Below, in pieces: positions 12,026-45,079 of a stretch of 64,000 nt of DNA. A model generated the notes under the pieces. That model was not told the DNA's origin. It saw only the letters and a list, made by a program, of their open reading frames with translations, and did no database searches. Location of the stretch: positions 12,896,001 through 12,960,000 of the forward strand of contig CM022672.1 in the NCBI GenBank assembly GCA_012295275.1, in the 5' to 3' direction. Within the stretch, counting starts at the first letter, position 1. Every line of letters starts with the position of its first letter. Source of the stretch: Chrysomallon squamiferum. Taxonomy: Eukaryota > Animalia > Mollusca. Both the position numbers and the translations under genes were made by a program.

Positions 12026-12460
12026 AGGGGACAAAATAGTGGCCAAAAGTGCAAACAAACTAGTATGAAGTTATGAACAGTTAACAGTGAATCGAACAAA
12101 ATGATACTGAGTACTGCAACAGCTTGCAGTTTCCATTTGTATATCTGAATGTTAGTCACTGATCGATGATAGCTTCTATTTTTAATTCTTCTTCTTTTTT
12201 TTCACATTATATATATTCGTTTAATATTATTTCAAGCATAGTAAATATATATATATGAGTAATATTTATTATTAAAACAGAATTCTAAGTAAGGAAAGTG
12301 AGGTATTGAAGTGTACATAGAGAAGTGGGAACAAATAGACTAAATAGATTTTCTTTTTTTCTTTTTTCTGTTTTTTCTTGGCCATCATCCTTGGCAAAAA
12401 GCAAAAGAAATAATGATGATGATAATGATTTAAAAAAAAAAAAATATAGATTCTTTAATT

Positions 12461-12503
<43 letters not shown>

Positions 12504-15500
12504 ACAGAAATGGAAAATATTTTAAAATTATTCTATTCAAAATTGCTTCATGAAATAAGCATCCTTCCATGTATGTAAGTTCCCTTATTGTCATACTTTT
12601 TTATTAGCAAAGGCTAGTGAATATAACAAACAAAAAAATAAAAAATCATTTAGAAGTATAGAGAATGTATTTAGACTATATGTTCCTACAATTTCTGGTG
12701 AACATTAAATGTAGTTCACCTAGACTTTTGTTGGGAAATAATTGTCGCAAATGTTTTACTTATATTTTACATAGGTTACCTGTAACATTTACTATAGATA
12801 GGATAATTGTTTTCAGTTTTGTCATTTTCGAGGGCTGGAACCTTGAGTTGCTTTTAGTTTTACTTTAGTACGGTATGATTGACACGAGATGGCGCTCGTG
12901 TTACGGGTATAGATTTAGGAAGTGAAATATAATTTTAAATTAAAGGGAAATAATTAAACCCTGCTTCCGGTCTCTCTCTCTCTCTTATTATTTTAATCTC
13001 GTTAACTATGATGAAGATTAATAATACTTACGTTAATTGTTGCTGCATTTAAGAAAAAAAAAATTAAAATAAAAAAGACTTATTATTATTATTATTATTA
13101 ATCTCCGGGGGTCATTGTTTTCTTGTTTGGTGTACAGATCTTGCCGTTATTTAAACGTTTTTCAGTCTGAATGTTATGTTTTAAATTATGTTTTATCTAC
13201 GTTTTACCCTCCGTTGTTTTTACTTTGTATTAATACACTCTTTGTAAATAACTAAATTTATGCAAAAAGAAAACTATGATTTGTTCTAATATTGTTTTCG
13301 TTTGTTTCGCATTTCTTCTTTTTTCGTTTCTTTTTTTTCTTTTTCTTTTTTTTATTTGTTATTCTCTGTTTAATATTACAATTATGAAAGTTAAAAGGAA
13401 ATACCTTTACGTGCTTAATTATCCGCACATACATATTTTAGTACGTTAGGAGAGATATATATTTGAATTGTTTATTAATTTAATTTTTGTTTTTCTTTAA
13501 AAAAAAAAAAAAAAAAAGAAGGAACGATGTTTTACTTATATGAGATGAGCTTGTAAACTTTATTTGTGATACTCTAGTATAAACTTTCAATACAAAAACC
13601 AACGACGGCATATCTAACTTCATAACTTTCAGCCTAAAATAGATGACGATGATTCTGGTTTGAACCTACCAAACGTCTCACGATATTGACATAGGTTATT
13701 GGTGAATGAGAAACTATTTCAAAAGCTGCATGACAATCTTAGTTATATATAGTCGTTCCATGGTGTGGCCATGCGCGCGATCTCAAGCAGTTTATAAATA
13801 CAACATTGTTTAGTACATGGGATAAGGTTAGTCTGTGTATGTGTGCGTGCCTGTGTGTGTGAGTGTGTGTGTGATATTTTTTTTCTTCCTTTTTTTTTTA
13901 AATCCAAGTGTACTTTATAAATTTACCTTTATAAATGAGTAAATCAGACGCGTTGAGGAAATGTTAAAACTGTCAGGTAATGGAAATGATTCTGATAACA
14001 GCTACTATCTAAAACGATTATTTTCTCTAATCTCATTACAGCCCAGCTTAGCACGCTGAAATATTGTTTTTCCTGTTCCTAATCTATAAATTCAACAACA
14101 GCAAACACCCGTGAGCGTGTGATCGTACTTGAAACTTGTAGTCATGTAAACATAAATATACCTGTTATTATTTTCTCTGGAATGTCACTGTTTAGCTAGT
14201 ACAGTTCTGCTTTCGTTGTGAGGACACACACATTTTCTTCTTATGACATTTAAAAAAACAATAATTACATGGGACATCACTTTAGAATGGAAAGCCATAA
14301 TATTTATCTCGTTTTTAAAGACAGTAATTATCATTTGTTTGTCTGTCAAACAAGAGGAAATCTTTTTCTATTTCCACACGTGAAAAAAGGTGGAAAAAAA
14401 AAAGATGAATGTTATTCTCAAAACTGCTTGTTTTGTGATATAAATACCGTGAATTAACACTGATTACTAATATTCTTTTAAATATTGATTATATGTTTTA
14501 ATAGAAAGCCAAATACGACATTGATTACACGTAGTGCAGTATAAAGCCAACGAGATTACACTGATTGTATGTCTTTTGACACGAAACCGAACAGTTGGCA
14601 TTGATTCTGAGTTCATCAACAAGTAACGACAGACTCGTACATCTGTTAGATTAGAAAGAAGTAGCAGACCGAAACTCGGTGGCTAGTAATGAGGGTTTAG
14701 GCTTTGACTTTTTCCCGTTTTTGCTTGTGCTCTGGCTTACTAATGAAGTAAAATTAGGCTTTCTGTCTACGAAAAGACGCACGTAAACGATTCCTTGATG
14801 CCAAAAGAAAAAAGGGGATCATATTAGGTGATGGTGGAGTCAATATTTTTCCTTGCTCATTAATTATATTCATGGCACTACATAATCATGGACTAATAGT
14901 TGGTTTAATCGTTCATAACAAAACTACTGAAAAGACATTCATTGCATTAACACAAAACTTAAGGTACTGAGATGATAATTCTGGTTTGAGTTCATCAAAC
15001 ATCTAACGAGGCTGAAACCCACACGGCTGGCCTGTTTAACACAAATTTTCCTGGTCACTCAGTGTAATAAAAAAAACACGAAATGTTCAGTTCCTCCAGA
15101 TGATCTTTTCTCTGACATTAACTTGACGACTGCGGGCTGCTGTTGTAATTACTTGTGATCAATTACCGTCCATGTTCAGCGAGTAACGCACATTAACTAA
15201 TACTCTCGCTGGCTTCTAAATGGATTTCAGACAACAGCACAGAGTTATAACGTATAATCACCTCGCCAGACAGGAGATGAAGCGGTAGAAAATGGGAATG
15301 AAAACCCAGCTTGATGTAAACTTTATTGGCTCTGATGTTACCCAATGTAATTTCGACAGCGATGTGAAATGAACTTGTTAACACATATAGTCAAACCAAA
15401 AAGTGGGGAAACAAAAAAAAAAAATAATATTAATAAAACAAAACCACTCAAAACACAACAAACAAATTAATTTGGTCAGGATTTATTAACTTTATTAACT

Positions 15501-16796
15501 GCAAATGTCTTTCACATCATCTGGTTTCACCGTTAATCACTAGACGTGGATTTTACTGTCATCAGCTAGCTAAATCAGTCACCAAACATTTTTTTTTTTT
15601 TTTTTTACATATTTCCATAACCAACTGCTACTGAAACTGCTTCACCTTCAAAACGTCTCGAACAAGCTTCGGTGGTTTAAATAGCACGTAGATGCAACCC
15701 CGTCAAACAAAACCAGTCACGCTGCTAGCTAGTGGCCAAAGGAGGGGGGGAGGGTATAATTGTTCGAGTTGTTTTGTCAACAGATACTTACATCCATACG
15801 GCTTCTTTACGTCTGCGACAATAGCCCGGGTTGCGACAGGGGCCCCGGTAATTTAAACGTGACATCTGCGTGAGAAAGAGTCTCTCATTGTTTACATTAA
15901 TACTTACTTACCTGGAATACCTTTCAGCGCAGACGCTCGACCAAGCGAAGACATGCTGACCCTCACTTATCTAATAAACATCAGCAGCCGCGAGGCGTGA
16001 CCAGGGTTACACGCAGAAGGCGTTTTCCTAAAAATAGCCGACATATTTTAATTCGTGTCCAGTTCTTTTTTATTTTTTATTTTTTTTTTGGATCGGTTTT
16101 CGAGGTATGTGAGTGTATTTGTTTTAATTTGTATGCAAGGTACATCTGTGGCTTTATGTCTGAAGACACGTGGATTTGTTTCATTGTACGTATAATCTCA
16201 TACTCATATTCATACATATACACTTACATAGATAAATACATATATATCACTAGTTTTTATATAAACACACACACACAAACATATTTTTAAAATCATATAT
16301 ACATACAAACATAATTATACATAAATAAATTGCATTACATAAAATGAATCATAAAAATGGCATTCAGACAAAAAAAAGCAATAAAAAACCGATTTAAAAA
16401 AAAAAAAATTCGATTAAAATTATTTTAATTAAAAATATATAAATAAATAAAACTAAAAAAAAAAAAAGATTAAAATTATATTAATTAAAAAAGACAAAAC
16501 GAATTACTGATTGTACATAAAACAACACTGACTGTAACAACAACGATAATTTAGGTCAAAAAGAAACATGGCGTTGTGACAGCTGTCCAATTTATCTATT
16601 TAAAAGGAAAAAATTATCAAGTTAAATCTGTATACAGAGAAGCCAGATGTCACTCATACAAGGTGTGAATCTCTCTGAGTTGTTATTTTAAAACTAGATC
16701 AGTCTCTTTACAGAATCCTTTATTTTGAAATTATTTCAAATATGCTAATTCTTTGTTATTATTATAATTTGTCAATTTAATTTTTTCAATTTTTTT

Positions 16797-16799
<3 letters not shown>

Positions 16800-16857
<58 letters not shown>

Positions 16858-16862
16858 ATTCA

Positions 16863-16894
<32 letters not shown>

Positions 16895-17452
16895 CACATA
16901 CATAAACATACATACATACATACGTACATACAAACATACATACATACGTACATACAAACATATATAAACATACATACATACGTACATACATACAAACATA
17001 CACACATATATACATACATACATGAACATACATACACACGCACATACATACATATATACATACATACAAGGATACATACATATATACATACATACATACA
17101 TAGATACATACATACATACATATACATACATACACACACACACACATATATACATACATACCAGGGTACATACATATATACATAGATACATACACATACA
17201 TACATACATACATACATACATACATACATACACATACACATACATATATACATACATACATAGATACATACATACATACATAGATACATACATACATACA
17301 AGGATACATACACACACACACACATAAACATACATACATACATACATACATACATACATACATACATACATACATACATACACACACACACATAAACATA
17401 CATACATAAATACATACATACATACATACGTACATACACACATAAACATACA
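16800..17452. repeat. Compound microsatellite (TA)n-(GA)n-(TACA)n
   Basis: Directly visible. It explains the MYVCMYVC ORFs found in several frames. Confidence 0.95.
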
Positions 17453-19410
17453 TTCTGATTTACAACGTGGCTATGCTGAGCTGCAACAGGCCGTCCGACC
17501 TCAGCAGGTTAAAGCTGACATATTCAGATCACTCATTTCTTGTATCCTGCAGTCCTAAACAATACAAAACTAAATGAAATGAACTGTTTTATTTATCGGG
17601 TCACCACTAGTAGATTCATTCGTATTGATTTTGTTGTCTTCTTCTTTTAATGAAAATTGTTTTTTAGAATTGTTTTTTAAGATCTAAACCAGCAATTAAA
17701 CACCAAATAAGTAACTTAGGCACACACACACGCACACACCCCGTCACACACACATACATATGTGTGCGGGTGTGAATAACAAGTAATTTATCGGAGTGAA
17801 TTCCTGAAAATATAAAAATGAAAAATCATCCATTGTTCTAGTTGTTTACATTCTACCTACAAGATATTTTTGTTATCACTTTCAAAAACAAATTCTTAGA
17901 TATTATTTTCGATATATGTAATTATTATCTTATAGATACTTATCAATTCCTTTCATCGTCATTATTAATTAATTACTGAATATTTCTTAAACATATTTAC
18001 ATGTTACGATATAAACGAGTGATCACATGTCCATTAATAAACATTAATTAATTATAATTATATGATCTGTCAAGCATGGAATTTCCTGGCGTATTATCTT
18101 TTATAATATGTGTACATACATACACACATACACATACATAGATACAAACATACATACACATATACATACATACATACATACATACAGGCATACGTACATT
18201 CAAACATTTGCATTTATGTAACAGATATAAAAACACAACAGGTTTTCAAAACAGAGCAAATACAAGCAGTCAGGTGCTATTACTACTAACAGCAACAACA
18301 ACGACAATGATAACAACTATTATAACTACCACTAAAATCCAATAATAATAATAATCTGCGACCAAACACAATTTACAGTAATGGTAATTCAAAAACAGGC
18401 AACAGCTTAATAATATATAGGCCAACATATGCTGTATCGCATAACGCGTGAATATGATCTGTTAACGAATTTTCCTCTTAAGAAAAATGGCTGCGGAAAA
18501 AAGCTTTTAAATTTTTTTTATTAAAAGCAAATTTTTAAAACCATTCTCCATTTAAAAACCAGCTAGTGTCATTCTCGGTGTCAGTGACATTTCGATACAT
18601 CTAATCGAATATTCTTAAACAGCTCACAGATAAACTATCTGTTTATCTGCTGCTGTCTGTTTTTTTTCTATTTATATTCTGGGTCGTTTGCCAACAAGGT
18701 TATGGATCCTAAACGCACGATACAGATTAAAGTAATGGGCAATAAATCTACCTTTTTATAATGACTCGTATTTTGACAAGAGATACTCGTAGTCAGTACG
18801 ACAGGAGCTCTTCTCCAAGTCATTGCTTTGGGTGAAAAATTAACACATTTATAACTGTCTGTATTTGATACTGTATATATATATTCATAAAGTTAATGAT
18901 ATGAGTCATTCCATATATATATATATATATATGTATGTATGAATGTATATATATATATATGTAGAAAAGAGAGAGAAACAGAGAGAAGTTGTAAACTAAT
19001 AGTTTAATGTAATCTGAAAAGTGCTTTATTATTCAGATATTGGTATTTTATGTAAATAGTTTAAGAGAGAAAAAGAAAAAAGGAAATATTAAAAATAAAA
19101 ATAGTTATATGTATAAACCTGCCTGTAAGTGTCTAGTAAAATGTAAAACCCAGACATAAAACTTAAAAGGAAATCTGAAAACTGAACCTGTAAGCTAATT
19201 TGTTTTTTTGTTGTTTTTTTTCTGTGAAAGGCTTTTATGACTTATTAGTAACAAGGGATATGTAATAATAGTGTTTGCTTTTATTTTCTTTATTTTCTGC
19301 TTCTTATATTTCTGAATATCTATGTAAGAATCTATGAGTTATATGTTCGTATGTTATTATGTATATTTATGTGTCTTAATTTTGACAAACATTTGTTTTT
19401 CCATAGGCTG

Positions 19411-19532
<122 letters not shown>

Positions 19533-21983
19533 ACATATACATGGCCTCTCACACTAGTTCCATCTTTCTGTTCATTCAGTCTTTCTTTTTTTCTTTTCTT
19601 TTTTTATCTAACTCTGGGTGTCCATCTCTCATTTTCTCTCTCTCCCTCTCTTTCTCTCTCTTTCCCTGTGTCGACGCTATAGATCACAAAATTTAGATAG
19701 TCATATCTCTTTTCTCAAATTTACAGTACCTCAAATGAGATAACATTTCACGAAGTCGTATCTATTTTCTCAATTTTATAGTATCTCAAATGAGATAACA
19801 TTTCACGATGATAACATTACATAACACTTTAACCAAAAACAATTAAGTTGTTCGGTGTGTATACATGTGTGAAACTTCCATGGAACAAACAGCCTCCAGA
19901 TATTTTTTCCCGCATCTCGGACGTCCTACTGTCGATAACGAGACATGAAATCAGTTTGAGAAATCTGTCGAACTGTCAGTGTAATTTATCTTGGCTGTTT
20001 ACAGACGCCAAACACCTCGCTGCTTTTGTTGTCGACGTGTAACACCCCCACTGACTATTGTACTGTAGAACGAAACAGCTGTCGTCTGCTACTTGTAGAA
20101 GTTCGTCTGCTCTCGCTTTCGATCGGAATGCATTTTACGCCGTAAAGGACATTATGACATTCGTGCACCGATTTTAAAGGGAGAGAAACTCTAAAAATAA
20201 AACTACGTTGCTAAGAAGTTAGCTGAAAATTTTAAATCAGGAAAATAATTATTTTTCTGTATATGGATACAGACACATATACATACATACATACATACAT
20301 AAAACGTACATACATACGTACATATTTGTATACTTTTTTTTTTTTTTTTTTTTTTTTTTTATTGTCGTTCCCGGTATTTTCTGCAATTTAAAATATACTA
20401 TATAGGCCTCCTTTTTTTTCTCTGTGTTTGCCTTTCTGTTTCTTTTGTTCATTCATTATCTCTCTCTGTCGTTCATTCTCCTTTTTTTTCTCTCTATTTT
20501 TGTCTCTGTTTGTCTGTTTTCACTGTTTCTCTCGCTCTCTCTAACTCTCTCTCTCCCGCGAAGTCTGTGTTTTTAACTACTATTATTTATGAATTTAAAT
20601 AATTATATATTAATGATAATGTTTCGATTATGTACAACAGAATTAAGAAAACCAAAACTGGCCTATTACGGTCAACACAACAGAAAAAAAACTAGGGAAG
20701 TGAAACAGATATAATTCGTGACATATTCGCATGCACAGTGAAATGATTAATATAAACAAGAAGACTGAAACGAATTTCAAATTTGCAAACGAGACATGTA
20801 CAGTGTACTTTAAACGTGCTGTTTCCCAAATGCAGTATCAGCAGACGTTAATTCAGTCATGTCTGTTAACGAAAATAAAATTAAAAAAAAATAGTGATTG
20901 AAAAAAAGAAAGAAAAGAAGAGAGATTTTAGAAAGAGTTAATTTATAAACATGTGCATAAGTGTGTGAAAATTTTATCTATTGATTATATATATATATAT
21001 ATATACATATATATTCTTGCTTAAGCATATGCATACAAACATACAATAAACAAAAAAAAATGATGTATGTGATATATGAATGCATGTCCGTGTAGTATGT
21101 ATGTATTTATGTATATTTGTATGTGTATATGTTTTTGTTGTTTATTGTGTTTATATATGTATATATTTACGTACGTACCAAGTGTGTAGGTATGTATGTG
21201 TGTTTGTCTGTTTTGCACACGTAGGTTTCTACGTATATAACCATAAATGTATGTGTATAAATACATTAATGTTTTTTATCTATAAATATCAACTACAAAC
21301 AAGTAAACAACACTGAGTTAAAAATAAATAAATAAATAAATAATTAATTAATTAATTAATTAAAATAGTCAAAAGAAATACTTTCATTTTATGAGAACGT
21401 TTATTTCGCTTAAATTCTACATAATACTACACAAGTGTTCAGATTTCAGTGACACATTGTGAAAGCTAAAGCTTTGGACTACTATACAAAAGAAAATACT
21501 TTTGTTTAGAACGCCACCTGAACATTTAACAGTAAGAAAACACCAAACTGTTAAACCTGGTGTTTTCACTGAAGCGTCTTATCGAGCGTTCCTGTAGACT
21601 TAATTACATATATATGTACGTACAAAGCAAAATGAAGTTATGTACACACACACAGAGGGAAAATGCCGGTGGGTACAAAGAGAAACAAAAAAAAGTGAAA
21701 TAAAGAAGGACACGTACTTAGGTAAATACCAGTACGCAATAATAGAACTCAGTTCTGTAACCTTGTTGTTCACTGACCAGTGAAGGTCATTTCAGTCCGT
21801 GGATAATTTTTAGCATGTTTTCATAATTGTTCAAGCTCAGCTCCATATCCTGTCCTAGATGGGGGATTCGGCTTATAAGTATCAGAACAAATTAACTATC
21901 ATGAAGTGTGTTGTATTATAAACACAAACCCACACCCATACACCCACAAATATAAACAAACCTGTTTTTCTCTCATACATACC

Positions 21984-22059
<76 letters not shown>

Positions 22060-22384
22060 GCACATTAATCTACTGTTTATATCCTAATAACGCTTAAGCG
22101 CGTCAACTCCAGGGATTTTAGAATATTATTATTATTTTTTTTTTTTTTTTTTAAGGTTAAATAATGCGTTATTAAAGTAAGACAGTACAGAAACAACAAA
22201 CAACATCAACACCAGACTGATATAAAAATGATGAATTTATTATAACTGTCGATATCTCTGTAAATAATGGACTGAAAAGCAAAACTAAAACTAAACATCG
22301 CGTGCTCTTTGGTTGATTTACAAGGAGAAATTAAGTATTGAATATAAAAGGCCTTATGAACGAATGTATTACAACATATTTATT

Positions 22385-22598
22385 TATGTATGTATGTATG
22401 TATGTATGTATGTATGTATGTGTATGTATGTATGTATGTATGTATGTATGTATGTATGTATGTATGTATGTATGTATGTATGTATGTATGTTTGTATGTA
22501 TGTATGTATGTATGTATATATGTATGTATGTATGTATGTATATATGTATCTATGTATCTATGTATGTATGTATGTATGTATGTATGTATGTATGTATG
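22385..22598. repeat. (TATG)n microsatellite
   Basis: Directly visible. Its orientation is opposite to the (TACA)n array at 16.9-17.4 kb. Confidence 0.95.
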
Positions 22599-23264
22599 CA
22601 TATTTCTCGTAAAGTCCATGAAGTTATAATAATGAAACTATTTCAATCTATCTACGTGAACAGAGTGCAATCAATTTCTACAAGCAACCAGTATTATTTA
22701 TTTAGTCCTAACTGTTCACATCAGTAAGTATATTATTCTGAACTGACACAAATAACATATAATAAATGATACAAACACACGTTACAGTTAAAATGATGCA
22801 ATAAGTATTACGTTTTCCAGCCTTGCGATTTCATTCATTTAACATCAGGTTACTGTGTAAAACGTTACTGGAATATGACGAAGCAATTAAACGCGTTCGT
22901 TGTTTCCCTACCTCTGACTCACAGACATATTAAACAACGCATTAAAACTTACGACATGAATATGAAAACAACTCAAGGGTGATCATACCGTAACTCGTGG
23001 GCCACATGCTGCGGATTTTTGAGATTTAACGTGAAATATATTAGCAGAGGTATTTTTCACATTACAATTAATATAACATTTAAACTGACTTGTCTAGCAG
23101 CTCTCAGACGTCTGAATTCTGAAGTTTGTTATTCTATGGGGTTAAGCAAGTGTGGCCGCCCCCGACATAAATAAATCTTACATCATCCGAAAAAAATAAA
23201 AAATTAAAAAATAATAATAAAAAAAGATAAATAAATAAATAAATAAATAATAGTAATAGTAGTA

Positions 23265-23304
<40 letters not shown>

Positions 23305-23341
23305 TTACGAGTCGTTTGGTATCTCAGTACATTAACATAAT

Positions 23342-41809
<18,468 letters not shown>

Positions 41810-42540
41810 TTCCACAACACCGGCTTCCTAGCCAACCACGAACAGAAATCTCACCACGTATGTCTTTCTTCAGTTTCTTACAGCCATCCAACGTAAGCTC
41901 TTTTTCAATATATATTTTTCTTTCTCTCTTTCTCTCTCTCTCTATCTCTTTCTCTTTTCCCTAAATAAACTAACACTCATGCAACGAAATAAAACAATAC
42001 TTGACATCAAGAGAGAGAGACAGTTTTCACTGAGTTCATGGTGCGGGGTTTTTATTTCAGTCTTTCCTTTGCCTCTTATTGTCTTTTTTTTTTTTGTGGC
42101 TTAGTTAGTTTCAAAGCGCTTGGTAGTATATCAAACGTTTCTTCTTCTCTTTTTTTTTTTTTTTTTTTTTTTTCTTCTTCTCTATATCATTAAGTCTGCT
42201 TCTCTCTCTTTCTTCTTCTTCTTTCTTCTTTTTTTTTTTTCTCCCCTCCTCTTTTTCCAACCTTGTTCTCAAGCAAGTCGCGTATTGGGTGTCCAATTCT
42301 CGACTTTCTGACTCTTGCCATGTGATCAACAGACTAATATAATGTTCTCTTGTATGTATATGCGGCTCGCACCTGTTTTAAACCGCCTCCTCTCTCTTTG
42401 ATCATTTGCCTGAATGAGCACAAGAGCACGGGTATAATGGACCTTACAGGTAACTGACGGAGTCAAGTATCCCACCTCCACGTCAGTTTATTGCACCAAC
42501 AAAGACATTTTGTGTTTCGATATCTAAATTATTCTCCATC

Positions 42541-42581
<41 letters not shown>

Positions 42582-42769
42582 TGTATGTATGTAGGTAGAT
42601 AGGTAGGTAGGTAGGTATGAATGCATATATGTATGTGTGCAAGTGTGTGTATGTGCGTATTTATACGTATATATATATATATATATATCTGCATGAATGA
42701 TATATGTACGTATATATGTATTTGTATTTGTGTATATATGTACATATCTGTATGAATGTATATATACTT

Positions 42770-42805
<36 letters not shown>

Positions 42806-43136
42806 CGTGTGTGCGTGTGTGCGCGCCTATATTTATATGTTTATTAGTATGGATGTATGTAAGTACATATATGCACTTGTATTTGTATATACGTACCTAT
42901 ATATATATGCTTGTGTGTGTGTGCGTAGTATATACGTGTGCGTACAGAAAATGTTAAATGTATACATAAATTTTGTTTTCTTAGTAATGATAAAATATTT
43001 ATTAAATTATTTTTGTCTTAGTTGCCCTAACGATAAAATATTTATCAACAAATTTTCTTTTCGTTGTTGTTGTTGTTTTGTTTCTTGACATAATAATAAA
43101 TCAAAATTCTTCTATGTTTGCAGCACTGTGAATAAA

Positions 43137-43875
43137 TAGTAGTAGTAGTAGTAATAGTAGTCATAGTAGTAACAGTAGAAGTAGTAATAGTAGTAGTAGT
43201 TGTAGTAGTAATAGTAGTAGCAATAGTAGTAGTCATAGTAGTAGTAGTAGTAATAGTAGTAGTAGTACTAGTAGTCGTAGTAGTAATAGTTGTAGTAGTA
43301 CTAGTATTCGTAGTAGTAATAGTAGTAGTAGTACTAGTAGTCGTAGTAGTAATAGTAGTAGTAGTACTAGTAGTCGTAGTAGTAATAGTAGTAGTAGTAA
43401 TAGTAGTCGTAGTAGTAATAGTAGTAGTAGTACTAGTAGTCGTAGTAGTCATAGTAGTAATAATATACTCGAGGCTAGAAACTCGGGGCACTGCGTACAC
43501 ATTCAGTCTTGTTCCAAATAATAATAGAAGTAGTAGTAGTAGTAGTAGTAGTTGTGGTGGTTATAGTAATAGTAGTAGTTGTTGTTGTAGAAGTAGTAGT
43601 AGGTAGTAGTAGTAGTAGTAGTAGTAGTAGTAATAGTAGTAGTAGTCAGTAGTAGTAGTAGTCATTGTCGTGGTAGTGGTGGTGGTGGTTTAGTCGTAGT
43701 AGTCGTAGTGGTAAAAGTAGTAGTAGTTGTTGTGGTGGTAGTAGTAGTAGTAGTAGAAGTAGTAGTAGTAGTAGTAGTGGTAATAGTAATAGTAGTAGTT
43801 ATAATATACATGGGGCTAGAAACAAAATCACAATGTAGGAGCATTGCGTACACACTCAGCTTTGTTCCTAGTATA
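43137..43875. repeat. Two (AGT)n arrays, each followed by a related 60-75 bp unique tail
   Basis: The tails at 43459-43520 and 43801-43875 share ATAATATAC..GGCTAGAAAC..GCA(C/T)TGCGTACACA(T/C)TCAG..TTGTTCC. Confidence 0.8.
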
Positions 43876-44288
43876 TCATATTTATAAAAAAAAAATCTTG
43901 AAACATTAAAGCAAAATCAAAATAAAGTGTTTTTAAAATGGACTGATCTCCACTCAGTTTTTGTACAAAGACGTCAACGTTATTGATAACGAAAATAGTG
44001 ATTGCAGATTCATTGCTGACGAAATGATTTTCGGCTTAAATATAATTATAACGTGTTCGTTTCCATTAAAAGAATTTTACGAATTCGACCCGAGCATTCT
44101 GCCAGCCCTAGCTACAGAGGCAGACGGGGGAGGGGCCTGTATAAGCCTTTTCACCTTGACGTTCAAACACAACTGCATTTTAATGTTCACCTGCTGAACC
44201 AGTCGAGACGCACCGCGTGACCCAGCCAGGTCGTCATTTCATCGGACGACGCCCCGAACTGCAATCTGAATGTCTCTCTCGTTCTGGG

Positions 44289-44335
<47 letters not shown>

Positions 44336-45079
44336 GTAAAAATAATAAGAAATAAATAATTATTTATCATGCTCATTTTACTGTTATTAACTCAGTCTAA
44401 CATTATCGAAGAATAACAAATCTATAAAAAAAAATATAATAAATGTTACTGTAAAGTCAGAAAATTGCATTTTACATAATGTTTATTTTTTTTTTTATTA
44501 TGGTAATACATATTTTATGATTTTTTTTTTTTTTTTTTTTTTTTTCTTAAAGCTTATAAGATATCGTGGTGATAAAAAAGCTTGTAAGTATTATAGTAAA
44601 ACAAGTATATAATGAGGAACTGAGTCATGCTATAAATGAAAATGTGTCGGTAATCCGAATCCTCAATGGAAATGTTTTATTACAGTTTTAATCTACAGCT
44701 AATTAATATATGCTGCAGACTACTGAGTTGAAACCCAGAGCCGCTGTACAAACAGCACATAGGTAACTCGTTTCCCTTTTGCAGAATGTATGTAGCTTTA
44801 GGACAGAAAAATTCATATGATCGACTGCCTTTGAATATCAAAAATTAGGATTCTAGGTGGAACAGGAGTTTGTCTAATAAAAAAATCCCTCCATGCTGCC
44901 AACTTTACTAAATAAATTTATACACTGTATGTCCAAATATATATATATTTGTTTTTTACATATTCAAAGGCTGTTATATGGACTCCCCTATCTGTGGAAA
45001 AGTACACACACACACACACGCAGTGAAGTTATAAAAAAGTAAATAAAATCCCACATCAGTATAAAATATAAAGCAACAA

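Noticed and set aside
16772-17453. ORFs of about 200 aa with MYVCMYVC or HTYIHTYI repeats (also 22313-22727 and 42524-43088)
   Set aside because: They are translations of (TACA)n/(TATG)n microsatellites.
19711-19815. Short 56-bp-period direct duplication containing CTCAAATGAGATAACATTTCACGA
   Set aside because: It is real but looks like an ordinary local slippage duplication with no further structure.
43045-43853. Poly-Thr mucin-like ORFs
   Set aside because: They are (ACT)n microsatellite translations with no credible splice context, signal peptide or flanking domains.
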